From Malacoraja senta (taxonomy: Eukaryota): a DNA stretch of 64,000 nt. The position numbers and the translations under genes were made by a program. Of the stretch, positions 61,490 through 64,000 are shown piece by piece; position 1 is the first letter of the stretch; every line of letters begins with the position of its first letter. The notes below the pieces were generated by a model. That model was not told the DNA's origin. It saw only the letters and a list, made by a program, of their open reading frames with translations, and did no database searches. The stretch is taken from contig CM075982.1 of assembly GCA_038087875.1 (NCBI GenBank), positions 61,132,001-61,196,000 on the forward strand. Direction: 5' to 3'.

Positions 61490-62668
61490 AGTCAAGAATG
61501 TTTTATTGTCATATGTCCCAAAATGAAACAATGAAATTCTTACTTGCTGCAGCACAACAGATATGTAAACATAGTACTCTAATAAACAACAAAAATGTCA
61601 GTCAATATATATATTCCCCGATGGCAGGGATGAAATGAGAGTGAGACCAGGGTGCTGTGGGTCTCTGATGACGTATTTTGCAGGAGAGACTCCTGTAGAT
61701 CCCTTATGGGTTGTGGGGAGGTCAGTACCCATGATGGAAGTGTTCAGCACTTTTTGCAATCTTCTTCATTCCTGGGTGTTCAAGTTGCTGAACCAGGTTG
61801 TGATGCAATCAGTTTTAATATGCTCTCCACTGTACACCTGTTGATGTTCAAGTGAGTATTTGTTGACATACCGAATCTCCGCAATCTTCTAAAGAAGTAG
61901 AGGTGTTGATGGGTTTCGGATTGCATGAATGTGCTGGGTTCAGGAAAGATCTTCAAAGATATGCATACCCAAGAGGTTGAGGTTTTGACTCTCTCCACCA
62001 CAATCTCGTCAATGAAGACAGGTTTGTGGATCCTCGCCCTTCTTCTCCCAATGTCAACAATCAGTTCCTTGGTTTTACTGACGTTGAGAGCAAGGTCGTT
62101 GTTCTGGCACCATTTGGTCATTTGATTGATCTCCCTCGTATACTCTGACTCATCGTCATCTGCAATTCATCCAACAATGGTGATGTCGTTGGTGAATTTG
62201 AAGATGAGGTTGGAATAGCTACAGTGACTGTGGCTAGCTACAGTCATGAGTATAGAGTGAGTAGAGCAGGGAGCTGAGCATGCAGCCTTGAGGTGATCCT
62301 GTGCTGATGGTTATCGAGGAAGAAATGTTGCTGCCAATTCATACCAATTGTGGTCTGTTGATGATCGAGGATCCAGTTGCAGAGGGATGCGCAGAGACCC
62401 AGTTCCGTGAGCTTGATAACCAATTTGAAGGGGATGATAGTATTGAACACTTGCTGTGATTTATGCAGTCTATGTGGTTTTCTTGTCAAGTGGTCCAGTA
62501 CAGAAGGGAGAGCCAGTGAGATTGCATCCTTCATTGACCTGTTGTGCTGGTAGGCAAATTGCAGTGGGTCCAGGGTTTTGTTGAGGTAGGAGTTGATATG
62601 AGCCATAACCAACCTCTCAAAGCACTTCATCACCCTGGACGTTAGTGCCACCAGTCGGTAATCACTGG
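61490..62668 (-). mobile_element. Degenerate Rex1/Babar-type LINE
   Basis: ORFs 62244..62651 (VMKCFERLVMAHI, LDPLQFAY) and 61780..62121 (WCQNNDLALNVSKTKELIVD). Its 3' tail gggacatatgacaataaaac matches 6061-6080. Confidence 0.85.
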
Positions 62669-62761
62669 AGGAATAGTACTTAATCTTCTATTTTGGCACT
62701 TTTGGAATAAACATACTGAATTCAGCAATTCAACAGCTTAGATTATCAACAACAACAAAAA

Positions 62762-64000
62762 AAAGATCTGAGGAAAATATCAAACCAAAAACACCATCAA
62801 CCAAACAATCCAGACGTACGCATTAGATATAATGAAACTCTTAAAAGGCATAAACACACGATTAGGAACAAAAGACAAAATCACACTCACAAAAGACTTG
62901 AAGAAATTGAAAATTCCATAAATCAAAACCAATTTTGGGATAGGTGGAATAACCTGAGCACAACAAAACTGCAAACATTACCAATTCAAGACGGTGATAT
63001 CTGGAGAGCACATTTCAAAAATCTATATAAAGACATCCCAATAAATAAAATAAACTCAAATCATTCTCATATCAAAGAAAAACTCCAAACACTAGAAATA
63101 GTAATTAAAGATTATCAAAACCCCCTTGATTTCCCAATTACTTTGGAAGAACTGACCATAAAAATAAAATCTCTTCACTCAAAGAAAGCCTGTGGTCCAG
63201 ATAGCATTAAAAATGAAATGCTCAAGTACAGCACTCCGGAGATGCAGGACATAGTGCTTAGGCTGTTCAACATCATACTACGTTCAGGTTATTTCCCTGA
63301 TATTTGGTGCCAAGGGCTTATTTCACCCATTTATAAGAGTGGAAACACACTAGACCCAAATAATTATCGCGGCATCTGTGTCAGTAGCTGCCTAGGGAAG
63401 TTATTCTGCAGTATCATAAACAACAGAATGCAGGATTTCCTTAACAAATACAACATTCTCAGTAAAAACCAAATTGGCTTCCTCCCAAAACACCGTACCA
63501 CTGACCACATTTACACCCTCCACACTCTCATTGAAAAACATGTACACCAAGCAAAAAATGGAAAAATATTTGCCTGTTTTATTGACTTTGAGAAAGCATT
63601 TGACTCTATTTGGCATGAAGGGCTCTATTACAAACTCCTCTGTTGTGGTATAGGAGGAAAGGTATATGACCTTATCAAATCAATGTACCTGAATAATAAA
63701 TGTGGCGTTAAAATTGGGGACAAACGCACTGATCTCTTCACCCAGAGAAGAGGCGTCCGGCAAGGCTGCAATCTGAGCCCGACACTGTTTAATGTATATA
63801 TCAACGATTTGGCAATAAAGCTGGACCAGAACACTGCGCCGGGCCTCTGTCTTCTGGACGGAGAGGTAAAATCCCTGTTTTATGCGGATGACTTGGTTCT
63901 GCTGTCCCCCACAGAACAGGGACTGCAGCAACAGTTGGACCTACTTGATGAGTACTGCCAAAATTGGGCCCTGGCAGTAAATCTAAAGAAAACCAACATC
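62762..64000 (+). mobile_element. RTE-X-like non-LTR retrotransposon ORF2 (reverse transcriptase), open frame running off the window
   Basis: Manual translation gives 413 codons without a stop: KACGPDSIKNEML...DPNNYRGICVSSCLGKLF...NQIGF...FACFIDFEKAFDSIWH...GVRQGCNLSPTLFNVYINDL...LFYADDLVLLS...WALAVNLKKTNI. Absent from the ORF track, presumably because it has no stop in the window. The clade assignment is from memory. Confidence 0.88.

Overview
Vertebrate genomic DNA, most likely from a cartilaginous fish (skate/ray). This is inferred from abundant HE1/V-SINE-type and CR1/HER1-type repeats. The window holds a minus-strand ZNF217 gene. Four coding exons (25543-23785, 11934-11809, 8262-6532, 292-186) join through GT-AG phase-1 junctions into a ~1240-aa protein with ten C2H2 fingers, two more than mammalian ZNF217. 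A probable promoter and non-coding first exon lie near 60.0-60.4 kb, and there is an intron in the 3' UTR. The introns contain a full-length decayed Tc1 (DD34E) transposon, CR1 and Rex1/Babar-type LINEs, tRNA-derived SINEs and a probable Helitron-like element with a G-rich minisatellite split by a LINE. An RTE-X-like LINE with an open reverse-transcriptase frame lies at the right edge. The most unusual signal is about a dozen short elements, many of them fold-back palindromes. They carry minimal hammerhead-ribozyme cores (CUGAAGA-stem-GAAACGUH), and several are flanked by their own 11-16 bp target-site duplications. They look like non-autonomous Penelope-like retroelements, and a decayed Penelope-type coding relic lies nearby. 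There is one 468-N assembly gap. No CRISPR array, rRNA or genuine tRNA gene was found. All family assignments rest on recalled motifs, not database searches.
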